Virus record (IMG/VR): IMGVR_UViG_3300043409_000928
Location: 1-64,000 of that record
Strand: one strand, 5' to 3'
Length of the DNA stretch: 64,000 nucleotides
Below the pieces are notes generated by a model. The model ran no database searches. It saw only the letters and a list, made by a program, of their open reading frames with translations, and was not told where the DNA came from. This document shows positions 9,812 to 19,655 of the stretch, piece after piece. A program made the translations under genes and the position numbers. The number at the start of each line of letters is the position of its first letter. The stretch's first letter is position 1.

Positions 9812-10004
9812 CGTTGTAGTCCCGGTGTTGCACAATATAACTGGCCTTGGGGAATGCCAAACGAAGAGTCTTGTCTAACTTGCGCTCTAATTCTTCTCTG
9901 CGATTGGCTAGAATCTCGGAAGCGGTCTGACTTGATTCAGTCTTCCAACGACCAATCCATTTGCCGTTTTCTTTTGCTACTCCAACTTTGATATGAACAA
10001 TCAT
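9804..10004 (-). CDS. Hypothetical protein
   Basis: GAGG RBS; promoter at 10028-10056. Confidence 0.6.
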   Translation of the reverse strand: MIVHIKVGVAKENGKWIGRWKTESSQTASEILANRREELERKLDKTLRLAFPKASYIVQHRDYNDA

Positions 10005-10027
10005 AAATTCCTCTTATAAATAATTCA

Positions 10028-10056
10028 ATTATACAATCAGTTATGCCTGCTGTCAA
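10028..10056 (-). promoter_or_regulatory. sigma70 early promoter
   Basis: TTGACA-17-TATAAT. Confidence 0.8.
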
Positions 10057-10125
10057 CCATATTTATGTGGACAAGCACCCGGCTGTTTGATTTGATATAT
10101 AAATTTTTAAAAGGAGAAGGCAACC

Positions 10126-11562
10126 ATGCCATTGTTTACACCATTTGAGGGTGCATTACTATTTGCAGGATATGGAATTTTAATGTACATTTTAACTCAA
10201 TTTTTCACTAGGACAGTATCAGGAACCAAAGAAGGTTACTTGTTGGCAGATCGGGGCGTAAGTCCATTGATTGGCGCTATTAGTATTTCTTCGGCTTGGA
10301 TATGGGCCGGCGCAATTTTCTTAAGTTCAGAAATTGCTTATAAATGGGGCTGGCCAGGCCTGTTCTATTTTTCAATCATGAACATTCTAACGCTGTTCTT
10401 ATTTGCACCGTTTGCACAGAAGATTAGAAACTTGGCACCCCAAGGCTTTACTTGGAGTTCGTTTTTGAAAGAACGATTTGGTGGCCGTGTGCAAGGTGTA
10501 TACCTGGTATTGTTTGTTATGTTTGCTATTTGCGTACTGACATTCAATATTTTTGCCGCTTCTAAACTGGTACAGACATTGACAGGCATCAGCTTTGTTA
10601 CTTCGTCTATAGTACTAACTGCTCTTGCACTACTTTATAACCTGCGAAAAGGTTTAAAGGCAACAATCGTTACTGAAACATTCAAGTTGGGTATTGTTGG
10701 TCTATCAGTATTATTAGTTGTTCCGGCATTGTTCTTTGCAACAGATGGTTGGACTACACTGGCCGCAGGTATCAATGGTGCTTCTGGCAAATACACAAGC
10801 CTGTGGGGTACACCTGAAGCCTGGACATTGTTTATCACTTATGGTTTGATCACGCTGTTTAGTCAATGGGCCAATCCTTGGGCAGATAACAGTTTCCACC
10901 AACGTGCTTTTGCTGTGCCGCAAGACAAGGTGTTTAAGACATTCTCTTTGGCCACAGTATTGTTTGCTGGTATTCCATTGTTGATTGGTACCATTGGATT
11001 CTTTGCTGTTGGTGCAGGCATCAAGGTAGAAGGTTCAGCACTGCAAATGGTTAACATTATCACAATCGGACAGTTACTACCAAGTTGGTTAGTTGTACTG
11101 TTTGCATTTGCGGCATTTGCGGCCATGGTTTCAATTGCTGACAGTCAACTTACTTCGCTGTCAAGCTTGGTAGGACACGACCTACACGAAAAGTTTGGTA
11201 GCGACACTGATCCAGTTAAGTTTAGTCGTATTGCTATGCTATTGGCAAGTGTGCTTGTTGTGGGCCTAGTAAACATTCCAGGCTTTACACTACTATACTT
11301 GATCATGATCATTGCTATGGTTCGTATTACAACGCTATTCCCAAGTTTGTTGGCACTTAACGCACCGCGGTTGGTAACAAGTGCAGGTTTATTCTGGGGT
11401 ATGTTAACAGGTATCGTAGTTGGTATTCCAATGTACGCATACGGTTCATACTTTAAAATACCAGACTTGGCCATGACAGGGTTCTTTACTACATTGGTAA
11501 TTGTACCTGTGTTTGTTCTAATCATTAGTTTTTTTACAAAAAAAAATAATATGGCAGACTAA
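10126..11562 (+). CDS. Sodium:solute symporter (SSS; urea/proline-like)
   Basis: About 13 TM; GYLLADR, SSAWIWA, FLKERFG, HQRAFA, AMVSIADSQL. Confidence 0.9.
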   Translation: MPLFTPFEGALLFAGYGILMYILTQFFTRTVSGTKEGYLLADRGVSPLIGAISISSAWIWAGAIFLSSEIAYKWGWPGLFYFSIMNILTLFLFAPFAQKIRNLAPQGFTWSSFLKERFGGRVQGVYLVLFVMFAICVLTFNIFAASKLVQTLTGISFVTSSIVLTALALLYNLRKGLKATIVTETFKLGIVGLSVLLVVPALFFATDGWTTLAAGINGASGKYTSLWGTPEAWTLFITYGLITLFSQWANPWADNSFHQRAFAVPQDKVFKTFSLATVLFAGIPLLIGTIGFFAVGAGIKVEGSALQMVNIITIGQLLPSWLVVLFAFAAFAAMVSIADSQLTSLSSLVGHDLHEKFGSDTDPVKFSRIAMLLASVLVVGLVNIPGFTLLYLIMIIAMVRITTLFPSLLALNAPRLVTSAGLFWGMLTGIVVGIPMYAYGSYFKIPDLAMTGFFTTLVIVPVFVLIISFFTKKNNMAD

Positions 11563-11624
11563 CCATACATTCTAGCACATAAATAGAAGGAGCAGTTAAA
11601 TGCTCCTTTTATTTTTGGACAAAA

Positions 11625-12395
11625 ATGCACCTTACCAATCCCGACCATCCAATTCTATTCAAACTGCCATATGCTATTTCAGCAGAAGACCAACAAGCAA
11701 TTATCAACTATGCATATGAACATTCCAACAGTTGGAGTGGACAAGTTCAAGTATGGGACGATGATCGTGCTCAGTACGATCAAACAGATTACTTTGGCCG
11801 AGTACAGATCACACGTTTAACACAGGCCAGCATTGACCGTATCGCACACGACGGTAACTTAAATTCAAATTGGATTAACTGGGCCGCACGATTAGAACCT
11901 ACACTGGATTGGGAATGGATTGATACTCCTATTACTCCCATCTTACAAAAATATGTAGACCAAATCAAACACTTGTACGTTAAATTCAATCGTGTGCTTA
12001 TTCTTGTACAAAAGCCAGGTAGTGCGATTCCCATGCACTCTGACAAGGTAGTGAAGAATCAATACTCAGAAGAAAAGTTTGCACCCGGACCTGCTGTTGA
12101 TTTAAAAATGACAGAAAACAATGCACACTGGGACTACAACAGGTACCTGACTCTGAAATGGCCGCTGACAGAACTACCAGGCAATAACGGCACTCCAGCA
12201 GTGAGCATTGACGGGCAGGAGTTTCATTACAATACACACAACAACTTGTTTGCCATCAATGAAGTAGATATACTACATGGTGCAGGTGCAGTAGATCATC
12301 GTCGTGGAGTAATCTTCTTAGACGGGTTACTAGATTACGAAGCACTACGCAAAGAAACTTGGTTACCAATGGAGTTAAGCAATGCAATTTATTAA
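11625..12395 (+). CDS. 2OG-Fe(II)/AspH-like DSBH oxygenase
   Basis: IPMHSD ... LHGA ... RR. Confidence 0.6.
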   Translation: MHLTNPDHPILFKLPYAISAEDQQAIINYAYEHSNSWSGQVQVWDDDRAQYDQTDYFGRVQITRLTQASIDRIAHDGNLNSNWINWAARLEPTLDWEWIDTPITPILQKYVDQIKHLYVKFNRVLILVQKPGSAIPMHSDKVVKNQYSEEKFAPGPAVDLKMTENNAHWDYNRYLTLKWPLTELPGNNGTPAVSIDGQEFHYNTHNNLFAINEVDILHGAGAVDHRRGVIFLDGLLDYEALRKETWLPMELSNAIY

Positions 12396-13812
12396 TGCAC
12401 GACCAGAGTTTAAAGTATACCAAGACAGCATGGTGGCTGGTGCCACACTTTATTACAACGGTATATTTGACCAAAGTATAGACTCTGTGTTCAAAACACT
12501 TGATGCAGGTGGTTTTCCCACAGGATTGCGTGGCAACTTTGCGTTTGTATTCCAAAATGAAAAGCGAGTAGTTGGCGCAGTGGATCACGCTCCTAATATA
12601 AATTTATTTTACACTGATAGTTATGTATGTCACATATTTCTAAATGTAGATGACTTGACCACAAAACAACAGTATGCTCCAGTTGTCAACCAACGCTGGC
12701 TTTTTTGGGGAGGAAGTGTAGGCCAACGTACCAGTAATCCAGACATACTGCGATTAGAGGCCGGCACCTACTTTGAAAAAGACTTAGAGTCAAATGATAT
12801 ATCAATACACACTTATATTGATTTACACACACATCATCGCGATCCTTCAATTACTGTTGGTGACATTGCGGATATTACAGAACAGATCATTGAAGAACAA
12901 ACACGCGAACCATTTAACTTATTGTGGAGCTCAGGAACAGACAGTAATTGTATTCTGGGCTTTATTCGAAAACTAAATCGCACAGACAATTGCCAACTTA
13001 TTTCGTTGTACTCGGAAGCTTCTATCACAGACGAAAGGCCACAATGCAAGTACTTAGAAGGCGTATATGGTCTGGAAGCCGAATACAAAAATCTAGGCAA
13101 GTATGTTGGTATAACAGACGAAATAGTAAGTAGGTTCCGAAGTGAAGCAGAGTCTGAAGCGTATAAAAAGAACTTTCAACGAACCTGGCGTGGTTTTTGG
13201 TATGAACCAAATGTGTTTCAAAAGTACACTACACTGTATGACATGGGAGTACATACCAAACCTACGTTCACTGGCGAAGTAGGTGATCAGATATTTGGCA
13301 GTCGATTTGGAAAACTGCTGTTAAACTATTTGTCACATGTGCCTAATCCAACCAATGATGACATAGGCGAACTATTTGCCAGTGCTGATGCGTTTCGTTT
13401 TAAACGTGCGGCAACTATACAATATCCATGTTGGATAAAATCTTTAGAAAATAATGCTGGACGCAATGCTGGATGGAACGAAGCCAAATCTTGGATAAGC
13501 CAAAAGTGGAAGGAAATAGACACTGACGGAGATATTGTTAACAAAGCAGAACTGTTACAATATCTATACAAAGGTTCGCATAGGGTGTTTAACTACGGGC
13601 AATTAATTGACTGTGATTTCCGACACCCATTCACAGACTACAGATTATTCCATACAGTGTTTAAAACACCAGGTCATTGGAAAATTACCAATGGAAAGAC
13701 ACGCAGGCTTAGCCTAAATATTATCAACAACTTTGTAGATGCTGGCCCATGGACATGGGCCAAAAGTGGTATACAATTGTCTATGCAACAAACTTATAAA
13801 CCGGTAAAATAA
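12382..13812 (+). CDS. Asparagine synthetase-like N-type ATP pyrophosphatase
   Basis: LWSSGTDS PP-loop, TGEVGDQIFG, RHPFTD; degenerate GATase N-terminus without Cys1. Confidence 0.75.
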   Translation: MQFINARPEFKVYQDSMVAGATLYYNGIFDQSIDSVFKTLDAGGFPTGLRGNFAFVFQNEKRVVGAVDHAPNINLFYTDSYVCHIFLNVDDLTTKQQYAPVVNQRWLFWGGSVGQRTSNPDILRLEAGTYFEKDLESNDISIHTYIDLHTHHRDPSITVGDIADITEQIIEEQTREPFNLLWSSGTDSNCILGFIRKLNRTDNCQLISLYSEASITDERPQCKYLEGVYGLEAEYKNLGKYVGITDEIVSRFRSEAESEAYKKNFQRTWRGFWYEPNVFQKYTTLYDMGVHTKPTFTGEVGDQIFGSRFGKLLLNYLSHVPNPTNDDIGELFASADAFRFKRAATIQYPCWIKSLENNAGRNAGWNEAKSWISQKWKEIDTDGDIVNKAELLQYLYKGSHRVFNYGQLIDCDFRHPFTDYRLFHTVFKTPGHWKITNGKTRRLSLNIINNFVDAGPWTWAKSGIQLSMQQTYKPVK

Positions 13813-13813
13813 A

Positions 13814-14290
13814 ATGACAACACAAGAAGACATTAATAACATTGACGTTCGACACGTAGTATTTCTCGACACAGACATCGCAGGCGATCTTTACATGGAG
13901 AAGATGTACCCGTTGTGGTGCGATGTAGTTGTAGTAACATTAGAAGGCAAGTATCCAGAAAATCCAGTGCTTCGTGAACGAGTACTTGCCGAGTTATCAA
14001 CTAATAAAAACATATACTGTATGTTTTTTGGCGCCCGAGCGCAAAATCAATTAAACATTGCATCAGAACGCAGATTGTTTGTGTCTAACTATCTTATACG
14101 TGATTTGCAAGTATTTGGATGGCAAAAGAAAGGCATATTTGAGCTAGACGAAAGCAGAATCATGGAACTTTGTATGGTGTTCTGCAATACAATGTTTGAT
14201 CATGGACGCCTACAATCCTATAATTCAGTAATTGATCAACTTGAAAACAATGATTCGGTAAAGTGGTATCATCACTTAATTAAGTCATAA
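13814..14290 (+). CDS. Hypothetical protein
   Basis: ORF coupled to previous gene. Confidence 0.65.
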   Translation: MTTQEDINNIDVRHVVFLDTDIAGDLYMEKMYPLWCDVVVVTLEGKYPENPVLRERVLAELSTNKNIYCMFFGARAQNQLNIASERRLFVSNYLIRDLQVFGWQKKGIFELDESRIMELCMVFCNTMFDHGRLQSYNSVIDQLENNDSVKWYHHLIKS

Positions 14291-14382
14291 TTTAAGGAAA
14301 TAGAGCACCCAAACCTATACCAGAGGTATAAATAACAACAAGCAAGTTCATAAGTAATTTGCAATTTAAAGGATTATATAAC

Positions 14383-14682
14383 ATGCCAGTTACAGTTACT
14401 ACAGTATCTACCCGTCCAAATTCAACAGTTGAATTTTGGACATTTAATGAGGAAACTCGCGCACACTTGACAGCTGAATTCAGAGATACAGGTAAGCTCA
14501 CGAGTAGAACAGACAGCATTAGCGAAGACAGTTTAACAAAAACTGTTGTTCGTACATTTGCTGACCCAGCCGCACTAGATGCGTATAGAATTGATGCGTT
14601 ACGTACGGCAGCATCTGAGTCGCAACGTGAATACAACACATTACATGGCCATACCACTACTGCCACTATTGCTGTTGTTTAA
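14383..14682 (+). CDS. Thr-rich 99-aa protein
   Basis: AAGGA RBS; TATAAATA at 14327; own terminator. Confidence 0.75.
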   Translation: MPVTVTTVSTRPNSTVEFWTFNEETRAHLTAEFRDTGKLTSRTDSISEDSLTKTVVRTFADPAALDAYRIDALRTAASESQREYNTLHGHTTTATIAVV

Positions 14683-14703
14683 TTAGTAAGAATTACTGTT
14701 CAA

Positions 14704-14732
14704 AAAAATAGGCTACTTTAAGTAGCCTATTT
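14704..14732 (+). terminator. Intrinsic terminator
   Basis: AAATAGGCTACT-TTA-AGTAGCCTATTT. Confidence 0.7.
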
Positions 14733-14750
14733 GCATTGGTAAATATTAGT

Positions 14751-15425
14751 ATGACGCCTTATTTGACAGTTCCGTTTGCCCTGACAAATGATTCATTTGA
14801 TTGGTTAAACAACTACCTGAACCCAATGGTAGAAGAGTATCAAATAAATGCTACACTAGCATCAGGGTTGATAAACTTTAGTAACAGTCAGTTACAAGAC
14901 ATTTATAGTAGCACAGCCTGGATAGAAATTGTAGAGTATACTACACAACTTAGATTAAGCAATCCACGCCCGCAAATATTCATCTACAAAAGATTGCAAA
15001 AACCTAGACCTATCACATTGGGCAATCCTCATATTGACAGTTATGGTAATGATGGGATTGGAAATATTGTTGCTGTGCGTCTTAACATCATGCTTCGTGG
15101 GGAAGACTCAACTGAAATGGTTTGGTGGGATAAAGATCGTCACGATCCGGATGTGGTACGTACTGAATTTGCTCGTCCAGATAAATCAGTTCACGGGCGT
15201 TTACAAGCTCGCGGTAACTGTCTAGCAGAGCAATGGCAAATATTAGGGGAACCGGACTTTCGTGCCACACATTTGGCCAGAGTGCAAGAACATGCCAGCT
15301 TTGTACGCACTGATGTACTACATGCCCTGAACTGGGCTGGCAATCAGCCGCGTGTGATATTCAGTGTAAAGTTTGATGACCACTCATGGGAACACATTGA
15401 GCAACTAAGACTCGAATCACATTGA
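14751..15425 (+). CDS. 2OG-Fe(II)-like DSBH protein
   Basis: PHID ... RTDVLH ... PRVIFS; TAAATA-5nt-ATG. Confidence 0.6.
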   Translation: MTPYLTVPFALTNDSFDWLNNYLNPMVEEYQINATLASGLINFSNSQLQDIYSSTAWIEIVEYTTQLRLSNPRPQIFIYKRLQKPRPITLGNPHIDSYGNDGIGNIVAVRLNIMLRGEDSTEMVWWDKDRHDPDVVRTEFARPDKSVHGRLQARGNCLAEQWQILGEPDFRATHLARVQEHASFVRTDVLHALNWAGNQPRVIFSVKFDDHSWEHIEQLRLESH

Positions 15426-15433
15426 TGTTTTAG

Positions 15434-15946
15434 TTAAAGCACTTTGGTCATTCTATAGTATTGAGGTTCAAAGTTAACTCGTTGTGCAGACTTTAAACGA
15501 CTTGCATTGTCTTTGTGTACAAACGATGCAATCCTACTGCCGCCGCGCTTGCGTACAATTTCTTCAAAATACTGATGTAGTACTTGATTCACACGCTGGC
15601 CGCGGAACTCCTTCTCTGTAAAAGAAAGCGTTAACCAACCTTCTCTTGATAGTGGTCTATATTCAAATGCTATTCCACCTACAAACTGTCCCTGTGCATT
15701 TAACGCATACACTACATGAAGCTTGGTTTGATCGCCCCATACAACAGTTCTGGCCGCATATCCTTGATCAATTAACTCTGCATAGTTGCGAAGGAATGGT
15801 GCAAGAGCCGGAGTTTGTGCAATAATGTCACAAAACCAAATTGTTAGTTCGTTGTCTTGTGCATCTGTTTCTTTTCCTACAATCTTATGCACAGGGTCAA
15901 GTGTTACCCCTGATATTTTGATAAAGTCTAAATTGGTTATGTCCAT
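15434..15946 (-). CDS. GNAT acetyltransferase
   Basis: EFRGQRV motif A; VHKDN..S. Confidence 0.75.
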   Translation of the reverse strand: MDITNLDFIKISGVTLDPVHKIVGKETDAQDNELTIWFCDIIAQTPALAPFLRNYAELIDQGYAARTVVWGDQTKLHVVYALNAQGQFVGGIAFEYRPLSREGWLTLSFTEKEFRGQRVNQVLHQYFEEIVRKRGGSRIASFVHKDNASRLKSAQRVNFEPQYYRMTKVL

Positions 15947-15974
15947 ATTATGATTCCCTCATTGTGCGTACTTA

Positions 15975-16850
15975 TTACCAATTAAACCTACTTGCTTCGT
16001 CAATATCTTCAATTTTAATCACAATAGATCTAGTGGTAATGGTATTCATATAATTTTTTAATCGTTCGCTGACCAAATCATTTCGAACCTTCTTGCTTGG
16101 ACTGCCAAGTACTATGATATCAAAGTCTTGATTTTTATAACTTACCAACATATCAATGCACCATCCAGCTGGATTGGTAAATCCTGTTTTGCCAATTTTG
16201 ATATCGTATTGGCCAGCAAATACGTTGGTGTTATAGACCACTAACTTTTGCCACATGCCCCGCCGGTTTTGTGCGTCTGCGCTGGAGGTCTTACTCATTG
16301 CAGTTTCTTTGAAAATTGCGTATTTGGTCAGGTGACGATTTAACAGGTGTAAATCCCATGCAGTACTGGTGTTTAACAGGAGTCCAGTTGGTTCAATAAA
16401 AGATGTATTCTTCATTTCCAGGCGTTGCGCCGTGGCATTCATTTCTGCAATGAATAGGTCATAACCCATTGGGTGGTGCACAGCCAGTAATTTGGCCGCA
16501 AGATTATCGCTGGAGACCAGTGCCAGGTGAAGTAGTTCTCTACGGGTAATTATCATACCTAGTTTAAGAACTCTGCTACCTTCTATTCGTTGAGGAATAA
16601 CTGGTAATTTTTCATCCAAATCGGCTCGGCTTTCCAGCACAACAAACGCAGTCATTAATTTTGTCACACTGGCAATTGGCATCACCCGGTGGATATTTAA
16701 TTCATCAGCAATTGTGTTGGTTGTTTTATTGAAAACTAATATTGCTTGAGCAGGTTCAGCAGGTGGTTTATTTGTTTTCTTTTTTGCCTGAACAGGCATT
16801 GAACACATTACAACAATAAGTGGCCCGGCCAGCAGGAATCGAACCCACAT
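15975..16850 (-). CDS. D-Ala-D-Ala endo/carboxypeptidase (peptidase S11, PBP7-like)
   Basis: ASVTK (SxxK), SDN, KTG; signal peptide. Confidence 0.9.
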   Translation of the reverse strand: MWVRFLLAGPLIVVMCSMPVQAKKKTNKPPAEPAQAILVFNKTTNTIADELNIHRVMPIASVTKLMTAFVVLESRADLDEKLPVIPQRIEGSRVLKLGMIITRRELLHLALVSSDNLAAKLLAVHHPMGYDLFIAEMNATAQRLEMKNTSFIEPTGLLLNTSTAWDLHLLNRHLTKYAIFKETAMSKTSSADAQNRRGMWQKLVVYNTNVFAGQYDIKIGKTGFTNPAGWCIDMLVSYKNQDFDIIVLGSPSKKVRNDLVSERLKNYMNTITTRSIVIKIEDIDEASRFNW

Positions 16851-16905
16851 TCTAGAGGTAGAAGCTCTATGTACTATCCATTGTACTATGGCCAGATGAT
16901 GCAAT

Positions 16906-17127
16906 TTAAACGATCTTACCAAGGACTTGATAGATAAGTTGGTCCAACTCTTGCTGATAGTCTTTGCCAAATCTACGCTTTAAATAAATTGACTCAATTA
17001 TTTCTTTAGAATCAAGATCGCATTCAGGAGGCAAGTTACCTCTGGACTCTAATTCTTCAATCAGGTCTTCGGTATCAAAATCACTTAGACTTACATCAAC
17101 TTCAACTTCTGTATAGACTGTTGGCAT
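16906..17127 (-). CDS. Hypothetical protein
   Basis: DFDTEDLIEELESRG. Confidence 0.65.
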   Translation of the reverse strand: MPTVYTEVEVDVSLSDFDTEDLIEELESRGNLPPECDLDSKEIIESIYLKRRFGKDYQQELDQLIYQVLGKIV

Positions 17128-17144
17128 GTTTGACCTTTAAATTG

Positions 17145-17228
17145 TGGTGCCCCAGGTCGGACTCGAACCGACACGCCTTTCGGCACTGGCTTCTAAGACC
17201 AGCGTGGCTACCATTACACCACCGGGGC
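17145..17228 (-). tRNA. tRNA-Leu(TAG)
   Basis: Cloverleaf, long variable arm, encoded CCA. Confidence 0.95.
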
Positions 17229-17238
17229 AAAAAAAACT

Positions 17239-17403
17239 TTACTTACGCTGTCCTTCTTTTGGCTCTCTCTTGACAATTACACCAGCGGCCAACTCTGCTT
17301 GAATCATTGCGGCCTTCCAAGCATTGCGCTTGGTTGTATCAACAATGCTACACAGCATCCGCTTGGTTGTTTTGCTTAATCGAAATGTTTTACCTGGTTT
17401 CAT
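17239..17403 (-). CDS. Small basic protein (54 aa)
   Basis: MKPGKTFRLSKTTKRML... Confidence 0.6.
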   Translation of the reverse strand: MKPGKTFRLSKTTKRMLCSIVDTTKRNAWKAAMIQAELAAGVIVKREPKEGQRK

Positions 17404-17421
17404 ACTGAGCTTTCTTTATGT

Positions 17422-17511
17422 TGGCGGAGAGACTGAGACTCGAACTCAGAAGCCGGATTACGCCGACCGACGGATTAGCAATCCGCTCCAATACCATTAT
17501 GGGACCTCTCC
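17422..17511 (-). tRNA. tRNA-Ser(GCT)
   Basis: Cloverleaf, long variable arm, G73, CCA. Confidence 0.95.
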
Positions 17512-17594
17512 AAAATCTTTTACTTTGTAAAATTTATTATAAGCTATTTAAGCCGCTATTGTCAATGTTTTTCTGTGAAATTTTTAAAATAAAT

Positions 17595-17672
17595 TGGTGC
17601 CCCTGCCCCGATTCGAACGGGGATGATTTCTCCTTTTGAGAGAGACGACTTTGCCAATTTGTCTACAGGGGC
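17595..17672 (-). tRNA. tRNA-Leu(CAA), short variable arm
   Basis: CTCAAAA anticodon loop; CCA. Confidence 0.9.
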
Positions 17673-17683
17673 TATATAGTGTT

Positions 17684-18859
17684 ATGTCTTTAAAAGAAAT
17701 AGTTGAAAAAAGAAATGCTTGTAGTATTCCTTGGATACATACCGAAGTCAACCTACAAACAAACGAAATAAAACCCTGTTGTAAGTATCGCGGGGTAAGT
17801 GGTAATTTAAATGACGGCTTAGAATCAGTTTGGAATAACCCAGGTTATCAACAGTTACGGGACGACATTGCCAACGATCGCACACATCCAGCTTGTTCTG
17901 CGTGTGCAGTGCCCGACAATGTGTTTTCTTATAAAAGCTTTAAGAATAAGAATTACATGCCGCGATTGCACCGCATAGATATTGCACAGCCAGCGTTGCC
18001 AGAAATCATTCACATTACATTAAAGAACACCTGTAACTTGGCCTGCAGAATGTGCAGTCCTTATTCCAGCAGTAGATTAAATGAAGTGGCCAATAGAAAC
18101 TCTTTTCTTAAAAGCTTTTATAATTTTAAAAGCGTTAACAATCGTTTTGATTTAAATCAATTAAAAGGATCGTTTATTAATGCTCGTCATTTGACCATCA
18201 CAGGCGGCGAGCCGCTAATGGATAATGATTGCGAACAATTGATTGAAATGGTTCAATTGGAAAGCAGTCAACTAGAAAGCATAGTGTTTTCCACCAACAT
18301 GACTTATATGAATGATGGCCTGTTGGATCGTTTAAATGCAATGCGAATAAAGGTCAAATTAAATGTCAGCATTGATGGTCCAAAACGCATACACGAATAT
18401 ATTCGTGTTGGGTGTAACTGGGACGAGCTGGCAGAAAATCTTTGTCGTTTGCGGGCTCGCTACCCATTTGAATTTGGTATTAACAGTACTATCAGTGCGC
18501 TCAACATTGGCTACATCACTGACCTAATAACTGAAGTAGAACAATTGGGTGAACAAACTGGTGTTGAGTTTGGACATATAATGGCAACTCCTGTGCTAGA
18601 ACCGCATTTACATCCGAGTATATTTGCTTGGTCTGGATTTGCTGACATTTGCTCTGAGTACAAAGATCGATTGAACAGATATTCTACCAGTAGCATAGAT
18701 GGAGCAGATACCTTGATTAAAACAGCACAGGAGTTTTTAAATAGTCCCAGTGGTGATAGTGAACTTTTTAAAACCTTTATCAGCCAATTTGATAGTGTGG
18801 CCATGACTGATGTGCGGGCTGTGTATCCTGAGCTGACTGGATTTTTACCACCACTTTAA
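17684..18859 (+). CDS. Radical SAM protein with N-terminal SPASM/twitch-like domain
   Basis: PCC...CSAC; CNLACRMC; TGGEP; SIDG. Confidence 0.88.
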   Translation: MSLKEIVEKRNACSIPWIHTEVNLQTNEIKPCCKYRGVSGNLNDGLESVWNNPGYQQLRDDIANDRTHPACSACAVPDNVFSYKSFKNKNYMPRLHRIDIAQPALPEIIHITLKNTCNLACRMCSPYSSSRLNEVANRNSFLKSFYNFKSVNNRFDLNQLKGSFINARHLTITGGEPLMDNDCEQLIEMVQLESSQLESIVFSTNMTYMNDGLLDRLNAMRIKVKLNVSIDGPKRIHEYIRVGCNWDELAENLCRLRARYPFEFGINSTISALNIGYITDLITEVEQLGEQTGVEFGHIMATPVLEPHLHPSIFAWSGFADICSEYKDRLNRYSTSSIDGADTLIKTAQEFLNSPSGDSELFKTFISQFDSVAMTDVRAVYPELTGFLPPL

Positions 18860-18866
18860 ATCACAA

Positions 18867-18941
18867 TGGTCCCACCAACAGGAATCGAACCTGTATCTAA
18901 GGTTTAGGAAACCCCTATTCTATCCATTGAACTATAGTGAG
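18867..18941 (-). tRNA. tRNA-Arg(CCT)
   Basis: TTCCTAA loop; CCA. Confidence 0.93.
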
Positions 18942-18944
18942 AAT

Positions 18945-19018
18945 TGGCGGGCCCTGAGAGACTCGAACTCCCACTAACGGTTTTGGAGACCGCAGTACTG
19001 CCATTATACTAAGAACCC
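18945..19018 (-). tRNA. tRNA-Trp(CCA)
   Basis: CTCCAAA loop; CCA. Confidence 0.93.
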
Positions 19019-19162
19019 TTAAAACTCTTTCTTGAATATAGGAATCATTATTGCCGGTATCTTTGTGCAACCTTGTTCGTTGGGTACACTACAAGTCTTT
19101 GGCATTGCACCGCAAGCGGCAACAGTTACAAGTACGCACAGGGACAATAATTTTTTCATCAT
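19019..19162 (-). CDS. Small lipoprotein (47 aa)
   Basis: MMKKLLSLCVLVTVAAC lipobox. Confidence 0.55.
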   Translation of the reverse strand: MMKKLLSLCVLVTVAACGAMPKTCSVPNEQGCTKIPAIMIPIFKKEF

Positions 19163-19166
19163 ATTC

Positions 19167-19243
19167 TGGTAGCCTCACTCTGACTCGAACAGAGGACCTA
19201 TGCGTTATCAACACATTGCTCTAACCAACTGAGCTATGAGGCT
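19167..19243 (-). tRNA. tRNA-Ile(GAT)
   Basis: TTGATAA loop; CCA. Confidence 0.95.
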
Positions 19244-19263
19244 ATAAACTTACTTATAAATTT

Positions 19264-19337
19264 TGGCACGGGAACTAGGACTCGAACCTAGAACGACACA
19301 GTCAAAGTGTGTTGTGTTACCATTACACCATTCCCGA
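19264..19337 (-). tRNA. tRNA-Gln(TTG)
   Basis: CTTTGAC loop; CCA. Confidence 0.93.
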
Positions 19338-19345
19338 ACAGAAAC

Positions 19346-19421
19346 TGGTACCAAGAGTTGGACTCGAACCAACCACACCCTGTGCTTCAAACAGGTGCTC
19401 TACCAGATGAGCTATCTTGGC
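19346..19421 (-). tRNA. tRNA-Phe(GAA)
   Basis: TTGAAGC loop; CCA. Confidence 0.93.
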
Positions 19422-19433
19422 ATAAACTTATTA

Positions 19434-19506
19434 GGGGTGACCTACGGGGGTTGAACCCGTACTAACAGAATCACAATCTGTGGTGCTACCGCTACACTAA
19501 GGTCAC
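19434..19506 (-). tRNA. tRNA-His(GTG), no encoded G-1 or complete CCA
   Basis: TTGTGAT loop; C73; -1 base is T; 3' end reads CCT. Confidence 0.9.
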
Positions 19507-19530
19507 ACCTAATAAGTCTAATATATTCAA

Positions 19531-19606
19531 ACTCATTGCGGGCAAGATTTCGAAACCTGCATTAAGCCCCAACGGGCCTTTCTTAGCCATTAGAAGACCG
19601 CGAGTT
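19531..19606 (-). ncRNA. Degenerate tRNA-like element
   Basis: D-arm TTCT-AATGGCTA-AGAA, hairpin, T-arm with TTCGAAA; no 7-nt anticodon loop, no CCA. Confidence 0.45.
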
Positions 19607-19655
19607 CCTGAGGGTAATTACTCCCCAGCATGGATGTTATCTGCAGATAACATTT

